Shown: positions 10,830-20,649, numbered from the stretch's first letter. The stretch: 64,000 nucleotides of DNA from Rickettsiales bacterium UBA6177 (GCA_002422875.1 DITT01000029.1:9641-73640); one strand, 5' to 3'. Program-made: numbers and translations. The notes: generated by a model not told the origin, from the letters alone.

Positions 10830-11561
10830 TTATCTTATTTCTGCTGTTCTTGTTTTGTTATCGTCCATATTTGCAATAATTGTTTCGCCACCTATTACTC
10901 TATGACCAACAAAAACTTGTGGTTTAACACCATCTGGCAAGTATACATCCATTCTACTACCAAATCTAATAATACCAAATCTTTCACCAGCTTTCACTTC
11001 TTGATTTGGCTTAACATAGCAAACTATTCGTCTTGCAATTAGTCCTGCAATTTGTGTAAATACTATCTGTTTACCATTTTTCATTTCCATTAGAATTTCT
11101 TGTCTTTCATTGTTAACACTCGCTTTATCTAGAGAAGCATTCAAAAACATACCATGATGATAATATGTTTCTTTAATAATACCATCTGCTGGAACTCTGT
11201 TAACATGCACATCAAATACACTTAGAAAAATACTAACACGAGTAGCTTTCTTTTGGCCATCAAACCCTAAAGTTTCAGGAAGAATTGCTTCTTGAATGCT
11301 AGTAACATAACCATCTGCTGGGCTAAGAATAAAGTTTTCGCCAATTACAGTGAATCTTTCAGGGTCTCTGAAAAAGAATATGATAAAGATATTAATTAAT
11401 ATCATTACAATAGCGAGCTTTGTTGAGAGAAAGCATAATAATATAGCTATTACTAGGCCAATCATTAAAAAGAAAATCCCTTCTTTGTGTATGCTCGGTA
11501 TTAGTGCTTTTAAATATTCCATAAATCTCTCAAGTATAATTTTTAAATATGAATTATACAC
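10830..11561 (-). CDS. psd: Phosphatidylserine decarboxylase proenzyme; the true start is probably the ATG at 11522 (MEYLK)
   Basis: Self-cleavage region GERFGIIRFGSRMDVYLP and an N-terminal TM anchor. The codon at 11561 is GTG. Confidence 0.9.
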   Translation of the reverse strand: MYNSYLKIILERFMEYLKALIPSIHKEGIFFLMIGLVIAILLCFLSTKLAIVMILINIFIIFFFRDPERFTVIGENFILSPADGYVTSIQEAILPETLGFDGQKKATRVSIFLSVFDVHVNRVPADGIIKETYYHHGMFLNASLDKASVNNERQEILMEMKNGKQIVFTQIAGLIARRIVCYVKPNQEVKAGERFGIIRFGSRMDVYLPDGVKPQVFVGHRVIGGETIIANMDDNKTRTAEIR

Positions 11562-11598
11562 TAACTTTTAGAAAAGGAAATTTTTTCTTTAAGTTATT
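11382..11598. repeat. Direct repeat DR1: psd 5' coding end plus upstream leader
   Basis: About 217 bp, near-identical to 13427-13642 (a handful of substitutions and one 1-nt indel, aligned by eye). Confidence 0.9.
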
Positions 11599-11702
11599 CT
11601 GATGAATTACCTAAAAAATACAAGAAGAAGAAATTAATTTGCAAGTTTTTATAGAAAAACTAGGCGTTATAGCAAATATATCTTTGTTATGCCTTCAAAA
11701 GC

Positions 11703-11918
11703 TTAATCTCTTGCGTCTCTAGCCATATTCGCATTTTCATTTACTATAGTGTGCAATACGTCAACAGGTATGCTATTCTCTGCTTTTTCCTGCTTTTGAT
11801 ATTGTTGAGATGACATGCCTGCAATCCTGGTAAGGTATTTTTGTGTAAATCTTTCAAGCTTACGGATTTGTTTTAATAGTTCGACTAGGGTTTTATAAAA
11901 TAGTGTCGTGTTTAGCCT
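11703..11918 (-). pseudogene. XRE-family helix-turn-helix gene remnant with no usable start codon
   Basis: The minus-strand frame reads ...LVELLKQIRKLERFTQKYLTRIAGMSSQQYQKQEKAENSIPVDVLHTIVNENANMARDARD*. This is the classic XRE HTH pattern. The frame opens directly after a TAA and has no ATG/GTG/TTG before the HTH. Confidence 0.4.
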
Positions 11919-11938
11919 TTAAAATAAATACAACTTTC

Positions 11939-12970
11939 TTAGTCTTTTTCATATTTTAAAGTTCTATGAATCATTTTTATATAATCATTCATAACCCTAT
12001 CTATTGATCGATACTTTAGCACAAGATCTCTTAAGGATTCATAATTTAAAATGTTTGATTGTTTATTTGAAAATCCAACAAAATTTCTATTCATGCAATC
12101 AATAAAATTAGATTTATTTAAAAAGCCATTATAGTTAATATGAGAAGAAACAAAGACAGGTAAACCTAATAATGATGCCTCAAGAACAACGTTTCCAACT
12201 CCACACACAAATCTATATTTATTTTGATTAAGATGCTCTAGCGTCTTAATTTTTCCAATAAAACAGTCATCTTTAAGGTCGAACTCTTTTTTTAATTGTT
12301 CTTTGACAGAATAGGAAAAGGCAGAAATTCCCGCAATTTCAAAATTACACCTTACAGATTTACAATATTTTATGGCCGTTCTTATTTGATCTAACTTATC
12401 AGGATCTAGTCTTGATATAATTATCGCCTTATTTTGTTTTTCGCGCTTATATAAAGAAAGTTTTACCTTATCAGGTATCATATTCGGGAAAATATCATAA
12501 TTCCCGGGAGCGTCTCTTTTACAAGTGTTAATAGAATTTACTGCATTGTACAAAGCCTTTTTAAAAAATTCATAAGTGATTCCATGGTTTTGAATCCCAC
12601 AATCCCATCTTTTCATAATCTTATTGTAATTGATAAACTTGTCTTTATGGCCGGTTATTTGAAACTCAATAAGAAAAGGATCTAGCCTATCACATATTTT
12701 AACAATCGTATGCGTTGTATTATAAGATCTAAAACAGATTTGAAAGACTTTAAATTTTGAAAATATAGACTTATTATTGCTTTCTATGTCTGTGATTAAG
12801 TTTATGTCATAGCCCTTTTTTTCAAGAAAAGAAAACATATTAGAAAGCTTTGTTTCAACCCCTCCACATTCCTTTATATTCCTAATGATATAAACCAATC
12901 GCTTTGATCCCCCATTATTTTTTATTTTCTGGGTTCTAAACACATTCTTTAAAGAATTTATAATTTTCAT
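11939..12970 (-). CDS. Putative GT-B (group 1-like) glycosyltransferase
   Basis: N-terminal YIIRNIKECGGVETKLSNM (GGxE-type motif) and C-terminal VCGVGNVVLEASLLGLPVFVSS (E-A-x3-G-x-P-V pattern), as seen in GT4-like enzymes. Weak, motif-level call only. Confidence 0.45.
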   Translation of the reverse strand: MKIINSLKNVFRTQKIKNNGGSKRLVYIIRNIKECGGVETKLSNMFSFLEKKGYDINLITDIESNNKSIFSKFKVFQICFRSYNTTHTIVKICDRLDPFLIEFQITGHKDKFINYNKIMKRWDCGIQNHGITYEFFKKALYNAVNSINTCKRDAPGNYDIFPNMIPDKVKLSLYKREKQNKAIIISRLDPDKLDQIRTAIKYCKSVRCNFEIAGISAFSYSVKEQLKKEFDLKDDCFIGKIKTLEHLNQNKYRFVCGVGNVVLEASLLGLPVFVSSHINYNGFLNKSNFIDCMNRNFVGFSNKQSNILNYESLRDLVLKYRSIDRVMNDYIKMIHRTLKYEKD

Positions 12971-12992
12971 CTAAAAACCCTTCTCAATCTTT

Positions 12993-13358
12993 TTAATTGT
13001 AAATACATAAACAAAGGCTTTGTTTATGTATTTTTTTAGTAACAGCTAAAAGCGAGCTTGAAAAAACTATATCCTCCACAATATTTATATATTTGGAGCA
13101 ATAAAGGGCGTGAGTCAATAAAGAACGTTTAAAGATAAACCGCCAAGGGGCGCAAGCGTCAAACATTTGCTTTTTAAAGTATCGATTATAAAGGATTTTA
13201 TCTTTATGATAAGAGAAGAAACAATCAAAGGCCAAAAAATCGGTGCTTGTATTTTTAGTGTATTTATTAAAGACGTTAAAAATGACGGTGGTAATATAAA
13301 AACCGCCATAAACAAACCAGTATATAAATCCCGCAAAAGCCAAAATCAACATAATCAA
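12993..13358 (-). pseudogene. Possible 5'-truncated GT2-type glycosyltransferase fragment; otherwise hypothetical
   Basis: APWRFIFKRSLL...NIVEDIVFSSSLL...CLCIYN resembles the post-DxD part of GT-A/GT2 catalytic domains. No nucleotide-binding or DxD part is present. The ORF runs up to the DR2 junction. Confidence 0.25.
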
Positions 13359-13426
13359 TGCCCCTTAATTCATAGTATAATTTAAAAAAGTTAGTTTCTT
13401 CCTGTTTGCTTTCAAAAACACAATAC

Positions 13427-13642
13427 GATAAAGATATTAATTAATATCATTACAATAGCGAGCTTCGTTGAGAGAAAGCATAATAATACAGCTATTACCA
13501 AAACAATCTTAAAAAGAAAATCCCTTCTTTGTGGATGCTCGGTATTAGTGCTTTTAAATATTCCATAAATCTCTCAAGTATAATTTTTAAATATGAATTA
13601 TAAAATAACTTTTAGAAAAGGAAATTTTTTCTTTAAGTTATT
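13427..13642. repeat. Direct repeat DR2: decayed second copy of the psd 5' end
   Basis: Near-identical to 11382-11598. The duplicated psd start reads MEYLKALIPSIHKEGIFFLRLFW* because a 1-nt deletion causes an early stop. Confidence 0.9.
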
Positions 13643-13745
13643 TTATCTCAAGACATAAATAACTAAGAATTAGAGATAAATATGTATTTGCATTTATTAT
13701 GATTTTTGATTGAGGTTTAGCTAAAACTATAATGCATTCATAAGG

Positions 13746-14144
13746 TTAATCTACTTTACATAAATTACAATGACCTGATAGTTCATAAATGTGATGTTTT
13801 AAATTGAAGTTATTCTTTTTATAAAAATTATCTAACTGATGAAGCATATTATGGTCTTCAAGCTCTTCAACCTTTAAACATTTACTGCATGTTAGAATAA
13901 TATGTTTTACGGAGTGATCATGATGGCTAGAGTTATTATTGCACATAGTAAAAATATTTGAGCTTTGTATTTTGTGTAGGATACCATTTTCAACAAGTAA
14001 ATTTAGTATACGGTAAACAGTATTAGGTTTTATTGAAGGTTTAGTTTTTGAGAGTATATCAATAACATCATAAGCTTTGAGGCTATTATTATTTTCTTTA
14101 AAAATAGACAATATTTCATTTCTTAGAGGGGTGATATTGATCAT
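13746..14144 (-). CDS. zur: Fur-family metalloregulator, Zur-like
   Basis: Winged-helix N-terminal region (TVYRILNLLVENGILHK), an HHDH cluster, and two CxxC pairs (CSKC, CNLC). Confidence 0.8.
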   Translation of the reverse strand: MINITPLRNEILSIFKENNNSLKAYDVIDILSKTKPSIKPNTVYRILNLLVENGILHKIQSSNIFTMCNNNSSHHDHSVKHIILTCSKCLKVEELEDHNMLHQLDNFYKKNNFNLKHHIYELSGHCNLCKVD

Positions 14145-14230
14145 ATTTTTTAAGTTAATTATTTTAATGGTAATAATCTAGCATAAGTTAGAAAATTTAT
14201 CATTAGATTATATTGACTTACAATTAATAA

Positions 14231-14247
14231 ATGTTACGTTGTAACAT
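14231..14247. promoter_or_regulatory. Candidate Zur/Fur operator in the divergent promoter region
   Basis: Perfect inverted repeat ATGTTAC-GTT-GTAACAT, containing the TGTTA/TAACA half-sites typical of Zur boxes. Lies 27 bp upstream of the 14274 ATG and just downstream of a TTGACT at 14213. Confidence 0.45.
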
Positions 14248-14273
14248 AACTTAATAAAGCAAAAGATAAATTT

Positions 14274-14864
14274 ATGAATGATTTAGAAAATAAAAAACCT
14301 AGTAATGAATTATCAAATTCACTCAACGAGTTTGCAGATGCTACAAATATACCAATTGAATCTAATCACAAAGTAGCAGATATTGATAGTAATAATTATG
14401 GACTATATGCCTCTTATTATGCAACAGGAATTGTTGCTCATTGTGTAGGTTATATGACAGAGCTTACTAGTAATTATGCTCTAAGAAGATGGTTTCCTGA
14501 GAGCAATAATAAATGGTTATTCTTTGTTGTTGGTAAGATTATGCATGAAGGAGTAGAAAACATGATTAGCTCTGGAAGTATTATTAATTTAATGAATTTA
14601 GAGAGCTTTCAAGATAGCTTGCTAGGCGCATTAAAACCAATCTATGCAAAACCAGGGCAATTTCTATCTGCTGCAGTTTTTTCATATTCAGCAGAAAAGC
14701 TACTTGGAGATTATATGTATTCAGAGCATAACCACGGTCATGGTGAAGGTTTCCACAATCAATGTCACGGACACCATCCTACTGAAATTGCTTTAACAGC
14801 TTTGATTTCAGTAGTAGGTACTACAATTGGTATTGATATTTATGATTATTTTTTTGAAGGCTAA
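14274..14864 (+). CDS. Hypothetical membrane protein with a C-terminal His/Cys cluster; putative metal-binding protein and Zur target
   Basis: Several hydrophobic segments plus the cluster SEHNHGHGEGFHNQCHGHHPTE. Divergent from the Fur-family gene, with the palindrome between them. Confidence 0.5.
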   Translation: MNDLENKKPSNELSNSLNEFADATNIPIESNHKVADIDSNNYGLYASYYATGIVAHCVGYMTELTSNYALRRWFPESNNKWLFFVVGKIMHEGVENMISSGSIINLMNLESFQDSLLGALKPIYAKPGQFLSAAVFSYSAEKLLGDYMYSEHNHGHGEGFHNQCHGHHPTEIALTALISVVGTTIGIDIYDYFFEG

Positions 14865-14913
14865 AATATAGAGTGTCTTGTGTATTCCTTAGTTTTGTCA
14901 CCTATAAAAATGC

Positions 14914-15663
14914 TTAACCTTTTCCCTCTTTGCTAAGTAAGCTTTCATTAAAAATACAACCAACTTCACTACCTCTTCTAATAGTGTATTTAGAAGAAAT
15001 ACGATGAATTACAATATACCTTCCTTTGATTGAAAAATTAACAATACCTTCTGTATTATCTGGATAAACAACGTAAAATGCAGGTAATTCTTGGGTGTTT
15101 TTATCATATTCAATATATGTATGTACGCCATCATCAAATATTTTTACTGGTGCAATTGATTCATCACCACTAATAGTATAGTTATAATTTTTACTATTAT
15201 CATCTATTTCAAAAGCATCAGTATCATCATTACCTGCAAGTTCAGCGCCATTCTCATCTTCTGGATAAAGGAATTTGACAGAGAAAACCATATTGGGATC
15301 ATTAATACTTTTTGCATAATTTGCATGTAATTCAAAATGATACACTCTCTTATTAGTAATAACAGTCATGTTAGTTGTTGCATCATTCTCAATTGGTTTG
15401 ATAAACAGGCGATTTGCATTCGGAACAATTTGCCATGCTACAGAATCACCCATAGTAAGAGAACTTATAGTTTCATCTGGTGCAAAAACTATACTCGACT
15501 CATAGCCATAAAATCCGATATATTTAAAAACATCATTAGGATTATATACAATGACCCTTAATCTTTGATCTGTAGGTAGTGGTCGTGCTTCACGAATAGC
15601 CCAAGCTGTTTGGGCATTTAAGGAATGAAAGATAAATAAAAAAGCTAAAAATACTTTTTTCAT
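14914..15663 (-). CDS. virB9: Type IV secretion system protein VirB9
   Basis: Signal peptide, the N-terminal domain (RVIVYNPNDVFKYIGFYGYESSIVF...VAWQI...LFIKP...TTNMTVITNKRVYHFEL) and the C-terminal domain (KIFDDGVHTYIEY...). Confidence 0.9.
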   Translation of the reverse strand: MKKVFLAFLFIFHSLNAQTAWAIREARPLPTDQRLRVIVYNPNDVFKYIGFYGYESSIVFAPDETISSLTMGDSVAWQIVPNANRLFIKPIENDATTNMTVITNKRVYHFELHANYAKSINDPNMVFSVKFLYPEDENGAELAGNDDTDAFEIDDNSKNYNYTISGDESIAPVKIFDDGVHTYIEYDKNTQELPAFYVVYPDNTEGIVNFSIKGRYIVIHRISSKYTIRRGSEVGCIFNESLLSKEGKG

Positions 15664-15698
15664 AATGATTTCCTATAATTGATAATCATATTAAATTA

Positions 15699-16394
15699 TT
15701 AGTTGAATGTTTTTGCAAGATATTTAGTAACTTTGAAGTCAATAATTTTATCATTATTATTTAAAAGTTGCTCTATATCACTAAAACTATAAAAAATTTC
15801 TGCTTTACCCTTTTGAATCTGAACCTGATTTTTAAGAATAATACTCTTTTCAAAGTCAACAACAGCAATTTTCTCATTAACCTTCTTGCTCTCTTTAAAG
15901 TTAGTAGCTATTACTTTTACAGTGCTAATAAACTTTGTACCATAGATTAATAAGGGACTATCTTCATTATCTATACTAATGTTTTTTAGATATTTATTAT
16001 ATTCTTCAGTAGAAGAGTGATTTTTTATATAAACATCTTTATCTCCTTGTTCGCTTAATTTAAAAGACTCTCTATTTTCAAGATATTCTGTAACAAGCTG
16101 TTTCTCAAGAGCAAGTTGCGGAGAAATATTAATAGGTAATGTATTAATATAGCTATATGTATTATCAATATCATTGTTATAAGATAGAAATGATATTTGA
16201 TTAGTGTATGAGCTTATATTGCTTGCATATAAAAATGCAATACCAGCTGCAAGCGCAAGTATAGATCCTATAACGACTATAAAAGTTCTCTCAACATGAG
16301 GCCCTACGAATTTGTCTAAATACCATCTTCTAGCATCAATAAAATATTGACCAGAGTTTATAGATTTTGCTATTGCTTTGTTGGCTTCATTCAT
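15699..16394 (-). CDS. virB8: Type IV secretion system protein VirB8
   Basis: Bitopic protein: a cytoplasmic N-terminus (YFIDARRWY), one TM segment and an NTF2-like periplasmic domain of the right length. Sits directly upstream of virB9. Confidence 0.8.
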   Translation of the reverse strand: MNEANKAIAKSINSGQYFIDARRWYLDKFVGPHVERTFIVVIGSILALAAGIAFLYASNISSYTNQISFLSYNNDIDNTYSYINTLPINISPQLALEKQLVTEYLENRESFKLSEQGDKDVYIKNHSSTEEYNKYLKNISIDNEDSPLLIYGTKFISTVKVIATNFKESKKVNEKIAVVDFEKSIILKNQVQIQKGKAEIFYSFSDIEQLLNNNDKIIDFKVTKYLAKTFN

Positions 16395-16410
16395 TTTTTT
16401 TACCTATTAC

Positions 16411-17790
16411 TTAAGTCATTTTAGCTGGTATAACAAGTCTATCAAAATCTTCACTAGATAAAAGTCCAAGCAGTGTAGCAGCTTCTTTTAACGTACAGTG
16501 ATGATTATGAGCATATTTTGCAATTTTAGCAGCATTATCGTATCCAATATGATTATTAAGGGCCGTAACAAGCATTAATGATTGATTAAGCAGAAGCTCA
16601 ATTCTAGTTTCATTTGCTTGTAAATCATTAATACATTTATCTGTGAAATTACGACAAGCATCTGCTAAAAGTTTTATTGATTGCAATAAATTTAGGATCA
16701 TAACTGGCTTAAAAACATTGAGCTCGAAGTGACCATTTGATCCTGCAATTGTAATAGTTACATTATTACCCATCACTTGAGTACATACCATGGTGAGTGC
16801 CTCACATTGAGTTGGATTTACTTTACCAGGCATTATTGATGATCCAGGTTCATTTTCTGGTAAAGTAATTTCACCTATGCCACATCTTGGCCCTGAAGCA
16901 AGCATACGGATGTCATTTGCAATTTTCATAAGGCTTGTTGCAAGCACATTAAGAGCTCCTGAAACTTCAACAATAGTATCATTAGATGCTAATGCTTCAA
17001 ATTTATTTTCAGCTGAGATAAATTTTTCATTTAAGAATTCTGAAAGATTAGTAGCAAATTTTTCTGCAAATTCTTTTTTGGCATTAATGCCAGTACCAAC
17101 AGCTGTACCACCTTGTGCAATATATGAAAGCCTAGTTAAAGTAGCTTCAATTCTTTCAAGTGAAAGTTTTAATTGCATTACATATCCAGAAAATTCCTGA
17201 CCAAGAGTCAGAGGGGTCGCATCTTGTAAGTGAGTGCGGCCAATTTTAATAATTTTTGTAAAACTTTTACTTTTTTTCTCAAGTGCATCTTTCAAATATT
17301 TTATTTGTGGGATTAGCTCTTTTTTTATTTTGAGCAATGCTGCTACATGCATAGCGGTAGGAAAAGTATCGTTTGAAGATTGAGATTTATTAACATGGTC
17401 ATTAGGGTGAATAGGATGTTTCGTACCTTTTTCTTGACCTAAACTTTCGTTACATAAATTAGATATTACTTCATTGATATTCATATTTGTTTGAGTACCA
17501 GATCCTGTTTGCCAAACTGATAAAGGGAATTGATTATCATATTCGCCAGCCATTATTTTCTTTACAAATTTCTTAATAGCTACAAAAAGCTCTTCTTTTA
17601 AGTCTCCAAGTTCAAAATTAGTTTTAGCTGCCGCAAGTTTTATTGCAGCTAACGCATGAATTATATCAATAGGCATTTTTTCATCGCCTATTTTAAAGTT
17701 TTGCATCGATCTTTGCGTTTGTGCTCCCCAATATGATGTAACTGGTACTTCAATTTCACCAAAAGAGTCATTTTCTATTCTATATAGCAT
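16411..17790 (-). CDS. fumC: Class II fumarate hydratase
   Basis: Signature [16 protein letters not shown]; 459 aa. Confidence 0.97.
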   Translation of the reverse strand: MLYRIENDSFGEIEVPVTSYWGAQTQRSMQNFKIGDEKMPIDIIHALAAIKLAAAKTNFELGDLKEELFVAIKKFVKKIMAGEYDNQFPLSVWQTGSGTQTNMNINEVISNLCNESLGQEKGTKHPIHPNDHVNKSQSSNDTFPTAMHVAALLKIKKELIPQIKYLKDALEKKSKSFTKIIKIGRTHLQDATPLTLGQEFSGYVMQLKLSLERIEATLTRLSYIAQGGTAVGTGINAKKEFAEKFATNLSEFLNEKFISAENKFEALASNDTIVEVSGALNVLATSLMKIANDIRMLASGPRCGIGEITLPENEPGSSIMPGKVNPTQCEALTMVCTQVMGNNVTITIAGSNGHFELNVFKPVMILNLLQSIKLLADACRNFTDKCINDLQANETRIELLLNQSLMLVTALNNHIGYDNAAKIAKYAHNHHCTLKEAATLLGLLSSEDFDRLVIPAKMT

Positions 17791-17853
17791 GCTATTTTCC
17801 TCAATTACTAAGCTTAAATCTTAGTTTAAAATAATTATTATTAGTTATCAATA

Positions 17854-18663
17854 TTACTGTATATATATGCCTGTATAATCTGGGTTATAAATTTTAAAAT
17901 CATGTTTTATATTCATGATGGTTTCAGATGATCCTAAAAAAAGAACACCATGAGGGTCTAATATAGTCTTTAAAGAAGATAAAGCAGCTTCTTTATTTTT
18001 AGAGTCAAAATAGATTAAAACATTACGGCAAAAAATAATATCGAATTTTTCATAAAAATTAAGTTTTGCTAGTAAATTGGCTTGTTTAAATTTTACTAAA
18101 TGTAGAATATCATTTTTAAGCTGCCAGTCCTTATCAACTTGAATAAAATATTTAAGCAATAGTTGGATAGGAAGGCCTCTTTGTACTTCAAATTGTGAGA
18201 AAATTCCTTTTTCAGCTCTTTTTACAACACTTGCATTAATATCTGATGCCAAAATATTAAATAGATGGGCTTTATCAGGAAAATTTTCTTTAATTAACAT
18301 AGCAATTGAATAAGGTTCTTGGCCACTTGAACAGGCAGCACACCAAATTCTAATTTTTTGATTAGGTTTTCTCAAAAGTAAATTAGGTATTACTTCATTT
18401 TTTAAAATATCAAAAGGATTTCTATCCCTAAAAAAAGATGACTCATTAGTTGTCATTAACTCAATCATTGAATTTATTAAATCAGGTGAACGAGTAAGTT
18501 TTATGTGTGTAATTAATTCGTCAACACTATCACAACTCTTAGTTTTAGCTAAAGGTATTAATCTTGCTTCAAGCAAGTAGCTTTTTTCTTTGCAAATAGA
18601 TATTCCTGATAAGGCTTCAATAGTTTCGCATGCATATTTTAGATTTTGTGGGCTGATATTCAT
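17854..18663 (-). CDS. cheR: Chemotaxis protein methyltransferase CheR
   Basis: N-terminal helical domain and a SAM-binding fold (IRIWCAACSSGQEPYSIAM, IFCRNVLIYF). Confidence 0.9.
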   Translation of the reverse strand: MNISPQNLKYACETIEALSGISICKEKSYLLEARLIPLAKTKSCDSVDELITHIKLTRSPDLINSMIELMTTNESSFFRDRNPFDILKNEVIPNLLLRKPNQKIRIWCAACSSGQEPYSIAMLIKENFPDKAHLFNILASDINASVVKRAEKGIFSQFEVQRGLPIQLLLKYFIQVDKDWQLKNDILHLVKFKQANLLAKLNFYEKFDIIFCRNVLIYFDSKNKEAALSSLKTILDPHGVLFLGSSETIMNIKHDFKIYNPDYTGIYIQ

Positions 18664-19787
18664 TTGCTACCATTTTTTATTATAAAATTTGCTATTTCAT
18701 TTAAAGGTAGTACAGCAGAGCACAAATTGTTAACAGCAACATTACCTGGCATCCCCCATACGATGCTTGATGTTTCATCTTGTGCGATTACACTGCTACC
18801 CATCATTACAGCAGCTTTAGATCCTTCTAAAGCATCCTTACCCATTCCGGTGAGTACAATTGTAATCATTTTATCCTTGAAAATACTAGCTGCAGATTCA
18901 ATCATTGGGTCAGCAGATGGTTTGCAGAAATTAATAGCTGGACCATTATCTAGAGTTATACAAGCTTTCCTAGCTTTAAGAGTAATCTTCATGTGAATAT
19001 TGCCTGGTGCAATATATAAATTACCCTCAGTAAGTATTTCTCCATCTTGAGCTTCTTTACATTTTATTATACCTAGCTTATCAAGATTTTCTGCAAATAG
19101 TTTAGTAAATAAAACTGGCATATGCTGGGTAATAATAATTATTTTATTAGCAAGGTAGTTTGCACCAAAGCTAACCAATAAGTCACTTATAGCTTTTGGT
19201 CCACCAGTTGAAGAGGCAATAGCTAAAATTTTTGGTTCAAAGTTAATAGGTCGATCTGTTCTAAGTACTATATCACTAGATAATAATCTGTATGTTAGTG
19301 CGCTGCTTAAATGATTATTACACTGATCAATACTTGATAAAGGAGGAGAGATATAAGAATTATAAGTCTTTTTAGCGATATTTTTAATTTTAGCAATTAA
19401 ATTATCTTGAAATGCATTACCATTTGTCATGGTATTTGAATCTGGTTTTTCAATATAATCAACAGCACCAAGAGTTAATGCTTTAATTGCAATAGGTGCA
19501 TTCTTAGTGGTTAATGTTGAAACCATAAAGATTTTGATATTGCTATCTTTGTTTAAAATATGAGGGATAGCTTCAATACCGTTCATTCCAGGCATTTCAA
19601 TGTCGAGTAATAAAACATCTGCAACTATATTATCCATTGCTCGTAGTAAGCTTTCTGCAGAATGGTATAAACCAACTATTTCGATATTATCATCCTTAGT
19701 TATAATTCTTTTTAAAACACTTCTAACAACTAGTGAATCGTCAACAATCATAACTCGTATTTTGGAATTATTTGGCAAATCTTTCAT
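18660..19787 (-). CDS. cheB: Chemotaxis response regulator protein-glutamate methylesterase CheB
   Basis: REC domain (VMIVDDS...LLLDIEMPGMNG) plus an esterase domain (IASSTGGP, ITQHMP, AQDETSSIVWGMPG). Confidence 0.9.
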   Translation of the reverse strand: MKDLPNNSKIRVMIVDDSLVVRSVLKRIITKDDNIEIVGLYHSAESLLRAMDNIVADVLLLDIEMPGMNGIEAIPHILNKDSNIKIFMVSTLTTKNAPIAIKALTLGAVDYIEKPDSNTMTNGNAFQDNLIAKIKNIAKKTYNSYISPPLSSIDQCNNHLSSALTYRLLSSDIVLRTDRPINFEPKILAIASSTGGPKAISDLLVSFGANYLANKIIIITQHMPVLFTKLFAENLDKLGIIKCKEAQDGEILTEGNLYIAPGNIHMKITLKARKACITLDNGPAINFCKPSADPMIESAASIFKDKMITIVLTGMGKDALEGSKAAVMMGSSVIAQDETSSIVWGMPGNVAVNNLCSAVLPLNEIANFIIKNGSK

Positions 19788-20152
19788 GTCAAGATGCCTG
19801 TTTGAATAAATTTAGATCTAATAAGTTCAAGATCAAAAGGTTTCATGATATATTCATCAGCACCAGCATCCATTGCTTCTTTAATTTTTGGGAAATCATT
19901 TTCACTAGTACAAAAAATTATTTTTACACCAGTGTTTTTAGGATTTTTTCTAAATTCTTTTATAAAAGCAAGGCCATCCATAATTGGCATATTCCAATCA
20001 AGTAAAATACAGTCTGGTTTGATTTGTTCGCATAATTCTAGAGCTTCTTTACCGTCTGCAGCCTCTTTTACTTCAAAGCCAAGTTGTATTAACATAGCTG
20101 AAACAAGCTTTCTTACTACTTTTGAATCGTCAACGGTTAAGCATATTTTCAT
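19784..20152 (-). CDS. cheY: Single-domain response regulator CheY
   Basis: 122 aa, with TVDDS...LLDWNMPIMDG...KIIFCTS...YIMKPF. Confidence 0.85.
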   Translation of the reverse strand: MKICLTVDDSKVVRKLVSAMLIQLGFEVKEAADGKEALELCEQIKPDCILLDWNMPIMDGLAFIKEFRKNPKNTGVKIIFCTSENDFPKIKEAMDAGADEYIMKPFDLELIRSKFIQTGILT

Positions 20153-20175
20153 ATAAATTTCCTATTAGAATTTAA

Positions 20176-20637
20176 TCAAGTTAAAAGAAGATCAAATAAT
20201 TTTTTTATATCTATTACGACTATTAATTCATCTTTGCCTAAAATAATACCTGTAGCAATATTATGCCAATGTTGCTCTATACTATCAGGTTTAGGCAAGA
20301 TCTCATTTTCAGTTATAGAAATTACCTCTTCTACAGAATCAGCAATAATACTATATAAATCATTCTTGATTTCGATTACTACATTCATGCTATTCTCGCA
20401 AATAGAGGTATCATCCATTTTTAGAAGATTTTTAATATTAATAGCTGTAACTATCCTACCTCTTAAATTAATTAGGCCGATGATTGTATCAGGAGCAAGT
20501 GGCACTTTAGTCACTTTACTTAGGACCAGAATATCACGAATATTAACGATAGGGATTGCTATAGTTTGCTTATTAATTTTCATTTTCAGAAGTCTCTGTA
20601 TAGGCGCAGGATTAAAATTTGTATTAACTTCGCTCAT
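20176..20637 (-). CDS. cheW: Chemotaxis coupling protein CheW
   Basis: 153-aa single CheW-like domain (IAIPIVNIRDIL...LINLRGRIVTAI...LIVVIDIKKL). Confidence 0.85.
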   Translation of the reverse strand: MSEVNTNFNPAPIQRLLKMKINKQTIAIPIVNIRDILVLSKVTKVPLAPDTIIGLINLRGRIVTAINIKNLLKMDDTSICENSMNVVIEIKNDLYSIIADSVEEVISITENEILPKPDSIEQHWHNIATGIILGKDELIVVIDIKKLFDLLLT

Positions 20638-20649
20638 TAGTTATTATCC

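Noticed and set aside
13115-13385. ORFs 13115-13336 (minus) and 13167-13385 (plus) overlapping the 12993-13358 ORF
   Set aside because: These are alternative frames of an already doubtful fragment, with nothing recognisable. Only the frame with the weak GT2-like motif is reported, at low confidence.
11599-13426. Search for a transposase, integrase or inverted terminal repeats inside the island between the psd repeats
   Set aside because: No DDE, tyrosine- or serine-recombinase motifs occur in any frame that I could read, and no terminal inverted repeats were seen. The region is therefore described as a decayed island and not as a defined mobile element.
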